From assembly GCF_000143415.4 (NCBI RefSeq), contig NW_003314319.1, positions 1,182,361 through 1,246,360 on the forward strand: a DNA stretch of 64,000 bases. Reading direction: 5' to 3'. How positions within the stretch are numbered: position 1 is the stretch's first letter; every line of letters starts with the position of its first letter. The notes below the pieces were generated by a model that did no database searches, had not been told where the DNA came from, and saw only the letters and a list, made by a program, of their open reading frames with translations. This document shows, piece by piece, positions 52,870 to 64,000 of this stretch. Source of the stretch: Selaginella moellendorffii. Taxonomy: Eukaryota > Plantae > Lycopodiophyta. The position numbers and the translations under genes were made by a program.

Positions 52870-53420
52870 GTCATAGGGGTGCAGAGTTCTATTAGTGCTT
52901 CACCATATAAACTGTTATATGGTCATGATCTAATATTACCAATGGAGCTGGGTTTACTATTGCAATTGCCACGAGCTACCGATGCTAGGTCGTGGGATCA
53001 GTATTTGATAAGTATTCTTCCACTTCTCTGAGTAGAGTTTGCCGAACACTTAGGCTGCGTATAAGTGGGACAATAACAGCGCTACAACTCCCATCATCGT
53101 CCACTTGTGGAGTACAAAGTGGATGATTTGGTGTTAATTTGTTTTCCCCATCTTACGGTACGTGGTTTATCTAAGGGGCTCCTTGCGCAGTGGAAAGGAC
53201 CGTATCGGGTGTTGTGGCAAGTTGAACCACAAGTTTATGAAGTTCGGCATGACGTTTAGCAGGTTGATCCTCCAGAGATTATACATGTGCAGCGGTTGAA
53301 ACGCTTTATACAAAGAGATCAGGAGCAGTTAATACCATTTATAGATCTACCAATGCCTCCTCCTGATGTTCCTCCAGATCCCAACCCGTCTACAAGAGAA
53401 CCCTGATGGTCTTCCATTAT
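52870..53420 (+). pseudogene. pol: E integrase C-terminus
   Basis: SPYKLLYG..LILP, WKGPYRV (GPY/F motif) and IHVQRLKRF; continues the sequence broken at 34973. Confidence 0.85.
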
Positions 53421-53438
53421 TCTAAGAGGAGGGGATGA

Positions 53439-53614
53439 TGTGAGGGCCAAGTGTACAGCTATGATGCCATATACTAATATTAGCGTAGTGGGATTTTGGT
53501 AGCCGTCAGATTGATTTCAATCCGGACCACTCGCTCCTGTATGTAAGTTAAGGTTTTTGGGTTAATTGATATGCATGTTTTTTGTATTCTCTTTCCATAT
53601 TCCATGCACTCACA
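53439..53614 (+). repeat. 3' LTR of E (176 bp)
   Basis: Follows PPT AAGAGGAGGGGATGA; TGTGAG/CTCACA inverted ends. Confidence 0.88.
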
Positions 53615-54245
53615 ATTTAGCAACTTTATTATTATTAAAATGTTTATAAATGATAAGTGATAACTGCGGAAGGCAGATCAAATCCACGGTTTGCATCTGA
53701 AGGATGATCATCGGTGTGAAGAAATCCCTACATGAATGGAACAGCATCATCAAGATCCCTTCCAAAGCAACCAGCAATATCACAAACCTTGTCAAAGTTA
53801 CGGCTTGGGTTGCAATAGAAACTTGCAGAGGAATCTCCACAGCAGCAGGAGCTTTGCGATCTTCTGCCGGTGTGAATCTCATCAGTCTAACCACGACCAA
53901 AACTCCACATTTCGGCAATCCAACAAAGCCTTTAGTGCGTGGCCATACAAATGAACAAACCATGGTATTATCTGGAGGATCATAATGTCAACGTAGTCAA
54001 CTGCCTCGATACCTGAAGAGTAACAGTTCCAAGAAGAACCATCATTTTCTCGAAACGAAATGATGATGGATCCCTTTGCATTCCCGCTGCAAGCCAAATA
54101 CCGGCTTGTGTAGAACCAAGACCAATCCACCCGGGCTCTCCAAGTGACTACAAGATCAAGCTCGCTGTTCATGCCAGCTTCATACTCAAGTAAAAGAGAG
54201 CCTGAAGAGGAGGAGAGTAGTATCAAAAAGGCTTTTCATAGATGA

Positions 54246-55732
54246 TAGTGCCTCTCCTTGTCAAAGAATCTAAGATGCACTGGTTCTAGCATAAAAAATA
54301 TGGAAGTAGAAATGTCGCATACACTTTGGGATTGCTTGTTGATCCTCTATCCCACCTCTTATTGGTTATGGACAAGATCAGGCTTTTTTCACATTAAAGC
54401 CTTACTTTCTTAATAATGTTATGAAAGATCAGTAGTCCAGTGGTGCCTTGGTTCGAGCTATGCAAAAGAATATTTGTGATAGTTACTCATTTTATGCCCT
54501 AGATAGCAATTGAAAGTTCGTGGCATTTGGTGCGGTGACAACTGGGACGCTTCCAGATAGAACAGAAAGTGGTAGTTCTGCACCATCAAGCTCCTGCTGC
54601 TCTCACTAGCAATAATCAAGAGGCACGAGAGATTTAGTTCTCCTGTGGCAGATCAATGCGGGGGTGATCCTAGGGAACTGTAATCACCCCTTTGGCGCTT
54701 GTCAAAAGCCTCGACCACGCTCTGACAGTGAGGGTGGCGTCCTCCTTCGCATAAACCTTTCATGTAGACACCATGGAAGTCTGGCTAGTAAATATCCTTG
54801 ATGCGTCTCAAGAATCGGGGTGATTTTTGGGTGCTAAAATCGGGAGGAGTATCAAGCTCGGGCAGGACGGCAGTCTCTCCGAGAAAAAGCGGGCTTGTTT
54901 GATTCCCCCAAACCCACCAGGCACATGGAGAACTTCGTCCACTTGAGCTGCCTGAGGATGGAATTGCCTGTTCGTGACAGGAATGGATGGTGAATGTGTG
55001 GCGTCGATGCTCCAAGCACAGCCCTGAACCTGGAAAGATCACACCGAAAGCTTACAAAGTCTACTTCTCTGGAAGTTCATACCTCTCAACCTTGGTCCCT
55101 GAAAACGTATCCCGCCGCCAGGGCGCCAAACACAAGGTCAGCGTCAAGAAAGCTACACTGCGAGGAGGAGGAGGAGCGACAGGAGGAGCGCCTGCGATCG
55201 ATCATGTCTTGTCAATGGAATCAGACGAGACAAGAGAATCAGCTGCCAGGGCTGAAGCCGCCGCTGCGCCGATAGGCCAGGAAATGGATTATCACAGCCG
55301 CCGCAGTCTCCAGCTTGCCCACGTCAATCTGCGCAAGGAACTAAATCTCTCGTGCCTCTTGATTATTGCTAGTGAGAGCAGCAGGAGTTTGATGGTGCAG
55401 AACTACCACTTTCTGTTCTATCTGGAAGCGTCCCAGTTGTCACCGCACCAAATGCCACGAACTTTCAATTGCTATCTAGGGCATAAAATGAGTAACTATC
55501 ACAAATATTCTTTTGCATAGCTCGAACCAAGGCACCACTGGACTACTGATCTTTCATAACATTATTAAGAAAGGAAGGCTTTAATGTGAAAAAAGCCTGA
55601 TCTTGTCCATAACCAATAAGAGGTGGGATAGAGGATCAGCAAGCAATCCCAAAGTGTATGCGACATTTCTACTTCCATATTTTTTATGCTAGAACCAGTG
55701 CATCTTAGATTCTTTGACAAGGAGAGGCACTA
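54246..55732. repeat. 395-bp inverted repeat (54246-54640, 55338-55732) flanking a 697-bp GC-richer spacer
   Basis: The arms are reverse complements with 3 mismatches by eye; ends TAGTGCC...GGCACTA. Confidence 0.95.
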
Positions 55733-57919
55733 AAATAGCATGGGCATCACTTTGGCCACATCAAGATAAAAAGTAATACTGTGTTGATCTCCAGAAAATT
55801 GAACACTAGTATCAGCAAGGCTTCTCATAGTTCTTGTATTTCTGGGACATGTGTATAGTGCCATTTATTAAGCTCAATGAGAATAGAATTAACACCTTTA
55901 GCCTCAGAGAATTTTACATTGGTGATTCCACAATGGGTACTAGTATAGGCAAGTTTATCAATTGAACAAAATTTACTCAATTTCTTAGCATTCAAAATTG
56001 TTGAGTACATTGTCCTATTAAAAGGTGAGCCAAGAAATATATACTTATAGATGGTGTACGTCTTAGTCAAGTATATGTTGTTAGTCCTAGTATTTGTGAA
56101 TTTGAGATTTATAGCTTAATTCAACTGTTTCTTTTTAGATTATTCCATTTAAGGAGGTTTATTTATCCTATGCAAAGATTCCTCTTATTTGGCAAATAAA
56201 CATTGTGCCTTCAAAATGTTGAAAATGTGTGGTCTTGATATTGCACCAATTATGGATATACTATTTGGTTTCTATCCCCTTCCATTTGGAATCTGTGCTG
56301 TTGACAAGAGGTGGTAGCTCGAAGAAAATATTGTTGTAGAAGGCTAGAAATTCGCTCACAAGCCTATACAAAAACAAGTGCACGTTAAGTGAATTCGGCG
56401 CTGACACTAACATGACTTCTCCACTTGAACTAAAAGAGGACGAGAGAATAATGACTAACTTTTGCTTCACATTCACTTTAGCTAGAGCACATTTGGGCAC
56501 TTTGACTGAAGATCCAAAACTTTGAATTTCCTTTAACTTGGAATTCTGTAAATCCTATTGTTATCCACCCTTACTTACACTAGAAAGAAGAAACTCTGAG
56601 TATGCAACTATACTAGTGCTGTTGTGAATCACAACCTTTAAAGAAATAGAGCCAAGACAAAGATTAAAATGTTGACATAACAAACTTTTAGAAATAATAT
56701 TCTAAGAGAATGAAAGAGGTGGGTGATCTCGAAAATGAAGAAGAAACCTCTCCATCCTTCTTAATAGATTTTAGAGTTTTCTCTCTTCATGCTTCTTGTA
56801 AAAATCTATAATGAAGCATAATTGAAATTTAAATAAAGCAATAAGAAAAATATCAACAATGTACAAAATGAATTTAAATTCTATAGCAAATTTAACATGT
56901 GCAAGTGTGACAATATTAATATTACTGTTATCTATTATGATATCTGATGCATGTTATACACATAGATCCAAGGAAGGATTTTCAAGACGTGAAGTTTGAT
57001 AGTTAATAATGATACTAGTAATGATATTTTGCTATAGCATGTCAAACCAAGAGATCTAATTTGACTGTCAGTATACGTGATATGTCAAGTTGTCAAATTT
57101 TAAGTGGTAGATGATAATAAATCTTGTTAAATCTTATTCTTCAATGACAGATTTGATTCGTAGTACAACTCAAGTTTTATCCATAATTGTGAACACTACT
57201 CAATGACATTTAAAGCACGTGCCTATTATTCAGGATCTAATACAACATAAAATAAATTTCTGGATGAGGATTCATCCATTCATAGATGGATATAGTACAA
57301 CATATTTTAATGTGCCTTATTTATACTCTTTAAAGTTCTTGTAACGATTCCAAAATATGTACAAAATATTGATGAGAATGCATCCTTTGTAGATAATTTG
57401 TAAAAAAAAATCATATCTCTAATAACAGAAATGTTGATAGGTGCTAGTTATATCATCATTAAAATATACAAAATAAAAAAGCATAATTCACATATAATAA
57501 TAATGATAAGATAAAATAAGATCGAAGATATTGTGATGGTTGAGATTTAGGTTATTTGGAATGAACAGCTGGGATGAAAGATGATTAGGATTATTGCACC
57601 ATAAGTGGAGCGCACAAGAGATCGAGGGATTGAGTGGGAAGGAGATCGAGGGATTGAGCATGCAATAGATCGAGTGATTGAGCACATAAGAGATTGAGAG
57701 ATTGAGCATGGAGCGCACGAGTGCGAGAGATTGAGTGTGGGAGAGTGCAAGAGATGGAGCGCACCAGTATGAACACGAGTTGAGATTGAGAGTGAGAGAG
57801 TGTGAGAAATCTAGCATGATCGAGATATCGGGAGGGAAAGATGCCACCAAGGGTGAGTTTTGATTTGATTGCTTTCACTTCTATTTCTTTATTTTTGCTT
57901 GTTTCTTGATTGTTTCTTC

Positions 57920-58062
57920 AGGGCCAGCCACCTCAAGCACTTTGGCCACCCAAGGGGCCGAGGTTATTTGAATTACCTTAGCCCCTCGGGCAACCAAAGT
58001 GCTTGAGGTTAAGTCTGGGCCAGCCACCTCGGGCACTTTGGCTACCCAAGGGGCTGAGGTTA
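57920..58062. repeat. Direct-inverted-direct ~35-45-bp repeat next to a gap
   Basis: ACCTCAAGCACTTTGG...GAGGT (57930), an inverted copy ending at 58009, and a direct copy at 58026. Confidence 0.8.
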
Positions 58063-58400
58063 NNNNNNNNNNNNNNNNNNNNNNNNNNNNNNNNNNNNNN
58101 NNNNNNNNNNNNNNNNNNNNNNNNNNNNNNNNNNNNNNNNNNNNNNNNNNNNNNNNNNNNNNNNNNNNNNNNNNNNNNNNNNNNNNNNNNNNNNNNNNNN
58201 NNNNNNNNNNNNNNNNNNNNNNNNNNNNNNNNNNNNNNNNNNNNNNNNNNNNNNNNNNNNNNNNNNNNNNNNNNNNNNNNNNNNNNNNNNNNNNNNNNNN
58301 NNNNNNNNNNNNNNNNNNNNNNNNNNNNNNNNNNNNNNNNNNNNNNNNNNNNNNNNNNNNNNNNNNNNNNNNNNNNNNNNNNNNNNNNNNNNNNNNNNNN
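58063..58400. other. Assembly gap (N run)
   Basis: Run of N. Confidence 1.
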
Positions 58401-58545
58401 TTATTTAGTTTGACTAACAAAATTTTTCCTCGTTTAAAAAAGAAAAATTGTACCACACAAAAAGATTGTTGGAGCCAAGAAGACATGAAAAGTTCAATTC
58501 AACACTACTGACAACATCACAATTGACATATCCATTGGCACATTA

Positions 58546-61450
58546 ATGAAAACACATTTACTTAGAGATCCACTGCCTCCACCACCATCACCTCCACCAT
58601 CACCACCTCCACCATCACTATTGCCACTTCCACCACCACCATCACCACCTCCATCATCGCCATTGCTACCACCACTGCCACTATTGCCTCCACCTCCACC
58701 GCCACCACCACCAACCCCCACCATCACCACTACTACCTCCACTTTACTCCTCACTAGCCCACCACCAGCACAAATCCCTGAAGTTGGGCAATCTAGTGGT
58801 GTTCACAATAGGGAACCTAAAGTACAACTTGGAGCTCAAAGAGTTGTAGACCTTCCTGACAACGTGGTGGACAAGCACTTCCAAGAGATTGTTATGCGAA
58901 CAAGGGAAAAAGCAGTTCACCAAATACTTGAGGCGCTCAAGTGGCTAGGCCCTTGTGACTTGATCAAAGAGATCCCCCTTTGTCGTTTGCAGCAGACAAA
59001 CTTTGTTCGCACTACATCAAAGTATGTCAATTCGAATATATACAGCTTGTTCAAACAGAATGGCCATGCGATAAATATCAGTATGTTTCTAGTCTCGATT
59101 TGCAAGTTAGGAACAATGGAGATCATTACTATCACACAGTTAGATTGTGAATAGCTGGGATTCTATTTAGAGGAGGAAATCCCTAAAATTTGATAACATG
59201 CTTATTAGACATCCTAAGGCTCAACAACTTCTGAGGACAATATTCTAAACTATTGATAGTAACCACTAATATAAGGCTTGGATGAAGTGTATCAAAGATC
59301 ATTTTCTCAATGATCCCATCTACCATATCAACGTTCCAGTCGGCATGTCTATGCAAGGGGACCTTTGGATGTCAACAGACTTATCTTGTCTTGCCAAAAG
59401 ATCAATGCGTAAGTTTTATAATTTTACCTCCAACTTGTAAATGACTAATTTTTTTATTCTACTTTAGTCACTTAACCACACCTCTGACCACTTGGAGGAG
59501 TCTCATTCACAACCTCTATAAGTCCAATTTAGGATGTGGGGCTTGCTAGCCCCGAGAATGGCATCTATGCCACTAAACCATTGCACTGGGTCCAAGTGCT
59601 CCATGTGTCTGATCCCATAACCGACACCCCAAGGTATCATTGACATATCAACCCGTTACTCTAAGGCCATACCCATTCACCTTGGTGACACCGGTGGTCC
59701 AACACCACTTACATCACAGTCTTGTCTCTCAAAGACTAGGGCATCCATCCATGAGTGATCATCTTAGATTCAGCATCCTTAGAATGCCCACAAACATGGT
59801 GAATAGCCTTCCCAATATCCCTTTTACAGCCTTTGGGTGTTTTAGCCATGGGTTTAGAGCGAGGTTTCATTGAGCCACACTAGGTATCCAAGTAGGTAAT
59901 GCCACCCATACTTGGATTGGGAGCATTGACCATTCGATCTCTCGGGGGAACTAGAGCCGACTTTTGAACACTTCACCAAGCTACCTCGCTTGTTGGTTCA
60001 TATTCACTTTAGCCTTGGACTTCCCAATGGTTATCTCATCACCCAATACTTGGGTACAGCCTTCCTGGGCCAAATTAACCTTTCCTGGCCAAACTGGCTC
60101 CACTAGGGTTTAACCCCCACACTCTCCTTGTAGCCCCCCCCCCCCAGGGGACAATCGCTTTGGGCTTTCACCCAACAACCTATATTAGTATTTGGACTCG
60201 GACTGGGACTTGAAGTCGGACTTGAACTCGGACTCGGTCTCAATCTCGGACTTAGACTTGGACTCGGTCTCGGTCTCGGTCTCGGTTCCATCTCAGACTC
60301 CATCTCGGGTCCATCTCAGACTCCATCTTGGACTCCATCTCAAGTCCATCTCGAACTCCATCTTAGACTCTGTCTCGAGTCTTCCATATATCATGTGTTG
60401 GTCCTTTTGTGTCCCTTCTCTAGAGACTCACTTACTGCTTGCTTCATGCTCGTTCCTCGAGCCCTTCGTTTAGGAGTTTCACTCCTGCTCTCAACTTTTC
60501 AAGTTGGAGCTTTTAGTCCAAATATGTTACGCTCATTTGGCTTTTATTTCGGCCACTACCACATGGCACCTAAGGATTTTATGTTTAACATAACTCCACT
60601 TTAACTTGTTTTGTTGTGTTTAAATCCAGGCTTGGGCAGTTTGCTGTTCAAAAGTAAAACTTTATCCATGACATCGAGCAACTTCAATTTTTAGCAGACT
60701 TGAGTGAGGATGACATCTGCGAACATTATGATGATGATCTTGCAATACTTGTTCATCACTCACGCACTCGAAATGACGGTACAACTTTGTTCAACAACCC
60801 AATTAGTTTTATGCTCGCTATATGGTGCAAAGTATGTCTTTCCCTTTCATTTTATAAGGGCTTCTTTTAATTGTTTTGGTTTTTAACCTTTGGTGAAGGT
60901 CAAATATGATGCTTATGAACTTGTATATCGGGAGAACAGTCGGGAAGAGCTCTCAACTGAGTTCGTACAAATTGAGCATAAAATTCAGCATGCAAATTCT
61001 TTAAAGTTGAAGAAACTAAGATACATTGCAGACAATCGTAGGCCGAAGGAGTGGCTAGAGACTATAGCTGAAATTTCTTCTCATGTTTTTTTATCACACT
61101 TCATTTTTCTCAATTATGCATATTTACTTTTGTAGTGAACAAAACTCCAGATGATATAATTTATAATATCGCAAAATTGAAGCTTCCGTATAAGCGACAG
61201 ATAGAAACTCTGGATTTCCTTAATGTCTGCTTGATGAACAAAGAGAAAGGACTACTAAAACTATTTGAGAACATGATGAGAAGGGCTATCTACATCATGC
61301 AAACTATAAGTGAAGGTGAGAAGGTATATGTCTGTAACTCATTCTTGAATCTATTGTACATCCACACATGCACATTTTCCAGACCCGCCATTGGGCAATT
61401 CCTACAGTGCTCAAGAAAAGTTTGTAAACCCATAAAGCCACTTGTTTAAG
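58546..61450 (+). pseudogene. Decayed multi-exon gene: proline-rich N-terminus and ParB/sulfiredoxin-like domain
   Basis: IPLCRLQQTNFVR, and IDSNH*YKAWMKCI at 59252 (a decayed DGNHRxxAW). Intron GT at 59409 and AG at ~60629 bracket the solo LTR. Confidence 0.55.
59436..60590 (-). mobile_element. Diverged solo LTR of family A
   Basis: TGTAAATGACTAA...TTTAACA ends; flanks CAACT/TAACT (TSD, one mismatch); no internal sequence; several deletions. Confidence 0.88.
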
Positions 61451-64000
61451 AAAAAATAGCATATTAGACACCGAATATAATAGTGTTTTGTGCTTTCAAG
61501 TAGTCCCGCTATGTCAGGAGCAAGATCTTGCAAAAACATGTGGCATTGCTTTTGAAGCATTGGAGGCAATCCCTATCTAATAATAAGATTCAGAATTTCA
61601 TATATAAGGAGCTCTAGTTCAACTTCACTAAAGCCCTCAGTAGAAAAAGGATTATTATATGGAGGTGAAGGTAGAATGTTGGTAGAACTTGGGGATGGAG
61701 GTGGAGATTAATATAAAATGTTGGGGGGCTAAGTATAAGTAGCAGTGACTTTCTTTCGAGCCATTTCAATACAAACTTCCAAGGAGCTCAAGGAGAACAA
61801 AAAAACTATAATGACTATAACTTTTCTAGATAGTTTATATATTAAGTTTTAGTCTCGGGAATAAGGTTTATTTATTATAACACTGACGATACTCAGATTC
61901 TTTAAATGTCAGTTTTGGAAATGGGGCTTCATAATCATAGCTTGCTTATAAACATAAGAGCTTCTAGAATTTTAGATTATCGTGTATACACATGCTTTAT
62001 CATTATAATGAAATCCTACTTTACTACACATATATTCTTTTCTACGCATGCCAAATGTTTAGAGAAATAGACTGCAGGGAAATATAAAACACATTATAGT
62101 GGCAGAGCACATTGGCACGCTACCATTCCCTTATGTGAGATTGCTTTTCAGTCTTGGAAATGTAGATAAAGTTGATTCTTTGATGTGATATTACTTTTGA
62201 GTCTTTCGAAAGATTTCAATTTCTTTTATTATTATTCACAAACAACTCTCGAAAATATTTAATGAGGATTCACTACAAAAATATATCTTGGTCTTATCAT
62301 ATGAGAGGATTGTGATATAAGCTGGCAACACAGTTTTTAATATGAATTAATATTTAAATTACAAATGTCATGGAAAGTGTTATGGAGTAGATTTCTTGGT
62401 GCTTTCTGCCGTGTTGTTCATTTCTTCATTTCTTTTACTCTGAACTGTTGTTTCAGAAGTAACAAAAGCATTTTTATCAATCATAATAGTGGTCTCCACA
62501 TTTTCAAATGGGTAATAAAAACGTAAAAACGAATAGGAGTGTAATATGGAGATTGTGGTAATGAAACAAAATTAACATTCTCACATTCCTTTGCACTACA
62601 ATTGTTACTCACACATCTTGTATTTTCCTTGCTTCCCATCTTCTCAAGAACCCTCAAAAATCTTTTGAATGAAGGAATAGTATCTACAACTATAAAAATA
62701 TTCAAAATATTAAGTAGTCAAATCAAAATATAACAACTGTAACAATAGTCATAATAAAATAATATAGCTTTATAAAAGATAGATTCTTGTGAACTTTGTC
62801 TTTTTTAAACAATTCAATCTTATAGAAACTTTTAACTCAAATATTTACGTATTTAAATATTTTAAAGTTTGTTAGAACCTTCATTTGTTCAATTTATATT
62901 TCCTTTGTAAGACTTCTAATTGATTATGTTGACTTGAGTTGACTTGTGTTGAATTGAGCTCAACTCAACTTTGGACTATCCCCATAACTAGTATATATAG
63001 ATATATTTTATGGACTTCTCAACACTAAAATAAGATAGCTAATAGCAAGAGAAACTTTGAAAACTTTAAGCATGTAGTTGTTCTTACCTATTTTAGAAAC
63101 AATTTAGTAGCACATTTATAAATACTGTCAAAAGAAAAGAGAACAACTATATCTTATATCCTTGTAGCACATATAAAATCTTTATTGCATTTATTTTATA
63201 TTCCTATGTTTGTATGGCAAAAAGAAGTTGATAATTTATAATGCTTTCTTTAAAGTGTTTTTAGTAGTGATGGCCTGATTTGTGATCAATAAATTCTAAT
63301 TTGGTGATTAGATAACAGTAGAACTGGAAGTGAAGACTACATTATCCAATGATTGAAACTCATCCAAATGTTTTGCTAGTGCATTAGTTTACTTTGATTT
63401 AAAGACAACTTTATCACATATGAGACAATATTTCAGACAAATTGGCTTTCAAAATAAGATGACATGATATATAAATTACATAGGTAAAATCACTCACCAG
63501 CTTGCAAATTTTTCTAAGAAAAACATAAATTATTTCTCTAGGATAATTTCACTATATTAGATATCTACATTGTTAAAAAAAATATGTAGAAATGATAAAG
63601 ATTTATAAGATGTGATTTTTCAAATTTTTTAATCAAATACTAATCATAGATAATAATTATAAACTATGGATTTTTGTCATTGCAATGAATAGTATAAAAC
63701 ATGTAGTAATAATAACAGGATCTTTTTATTGTTCCATAAGTTGATTAAAATTTCTTTCTTTACCAACAGATTCCATATTCATAATTGGTGAATTTATTTC
63801 TCTTACAGATACTTTCTATGATACAATTCAATTATGCATTGCTCCATTTTCATAAAAACTGACTTACAGTTTCCATTTACTATTTAACTTTCAATAGTAT
63901 TAATATCATATAACCTAAATAAATATCATCTAAAACTTTGCAATTCTACTTTTCTTAGTAGAGCTCAGATCCTTGCTAGTTTCAACTAGCACCCACTAAA

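Larger units (their letters stand above)
24437..53614 (+). mobile_element. Old Ty3/gypsy element E (short LTR), host of F and G
   Basis: 5' LTR remnant 24437-24510 matches ~53540-53614. PBS-like TGGTGGAGGTG at 24512 (tRNA-Ala-like). PPT 53424-53438. 3' LTR 53439-53614 with TGTGAG...CTCACA ends. Confidence 0.88.

Noticed and set aside
53615-54230. Host gene on the minus strand
   Set aside because: Looks coding-like with possible splice sites, but no recognisable domain or coherent model.
54246-55732. CACTA transposon
   Set aside because: The CACTA pentamers face outward rather than inward, and there is no 3-bp TSD.
58570-58775. Extensin or glycine-rich protein gene
   Set aside because: A short CCA-rich low-complexity tract with no signal peptide or SPPPP-Tyr periodicity; treated as part of the pseudogene.

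Overview
Eukaryotic, plant-type, transposon-dense DNA (TTTAGGG repeats; the ~47-61 nt introns suggest a compact non-seed plant such as a lycophyte, which is inference). No intact host gene is visible. The window is a nest of insertions with readable target-site duplications (TSDs). (1) A non-coding LARD-like LTR family ('family A': 1.5-1.75 kb satellite-containing LTRs, Met-type PBS, 3.4-4.1 kb ORF-less interior) occurs as four full copies (A 3511-18021, B 8018-15562 nested in A, F 25437-32328, G 34974-52864), a solo LTR and a partial LTR. (2) Two decayed Ty3/gypsy elements act as hosts (C ~2790-18930; E 24437-53614). (3) A nearly intact chromovirus (D, 18939-24436) carries a PEG10-type G GGA AAC -1 frameshift/pseudoknot signal and a Tf1-type self-priming site. 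(4) A 10.1 kb TIR DNA transposon (H, 39191-49287, TSD TTCC) sits inside G. It carries a transposase-like fragment, a divergently oriented multi-exon gene with a putatively inactive amino-methyltransferase fold and an FCP1-like HAD domain, and about 23 copies of a 22-bp palindrome ATGGCRTG-N6-CAYGCCAT. This is the best candidate for an undescribed system. Also present are a 395-bp near-perfect inverted repeat (54246-55732) and a ParB/Srx-like pseudogene (58546-61450).
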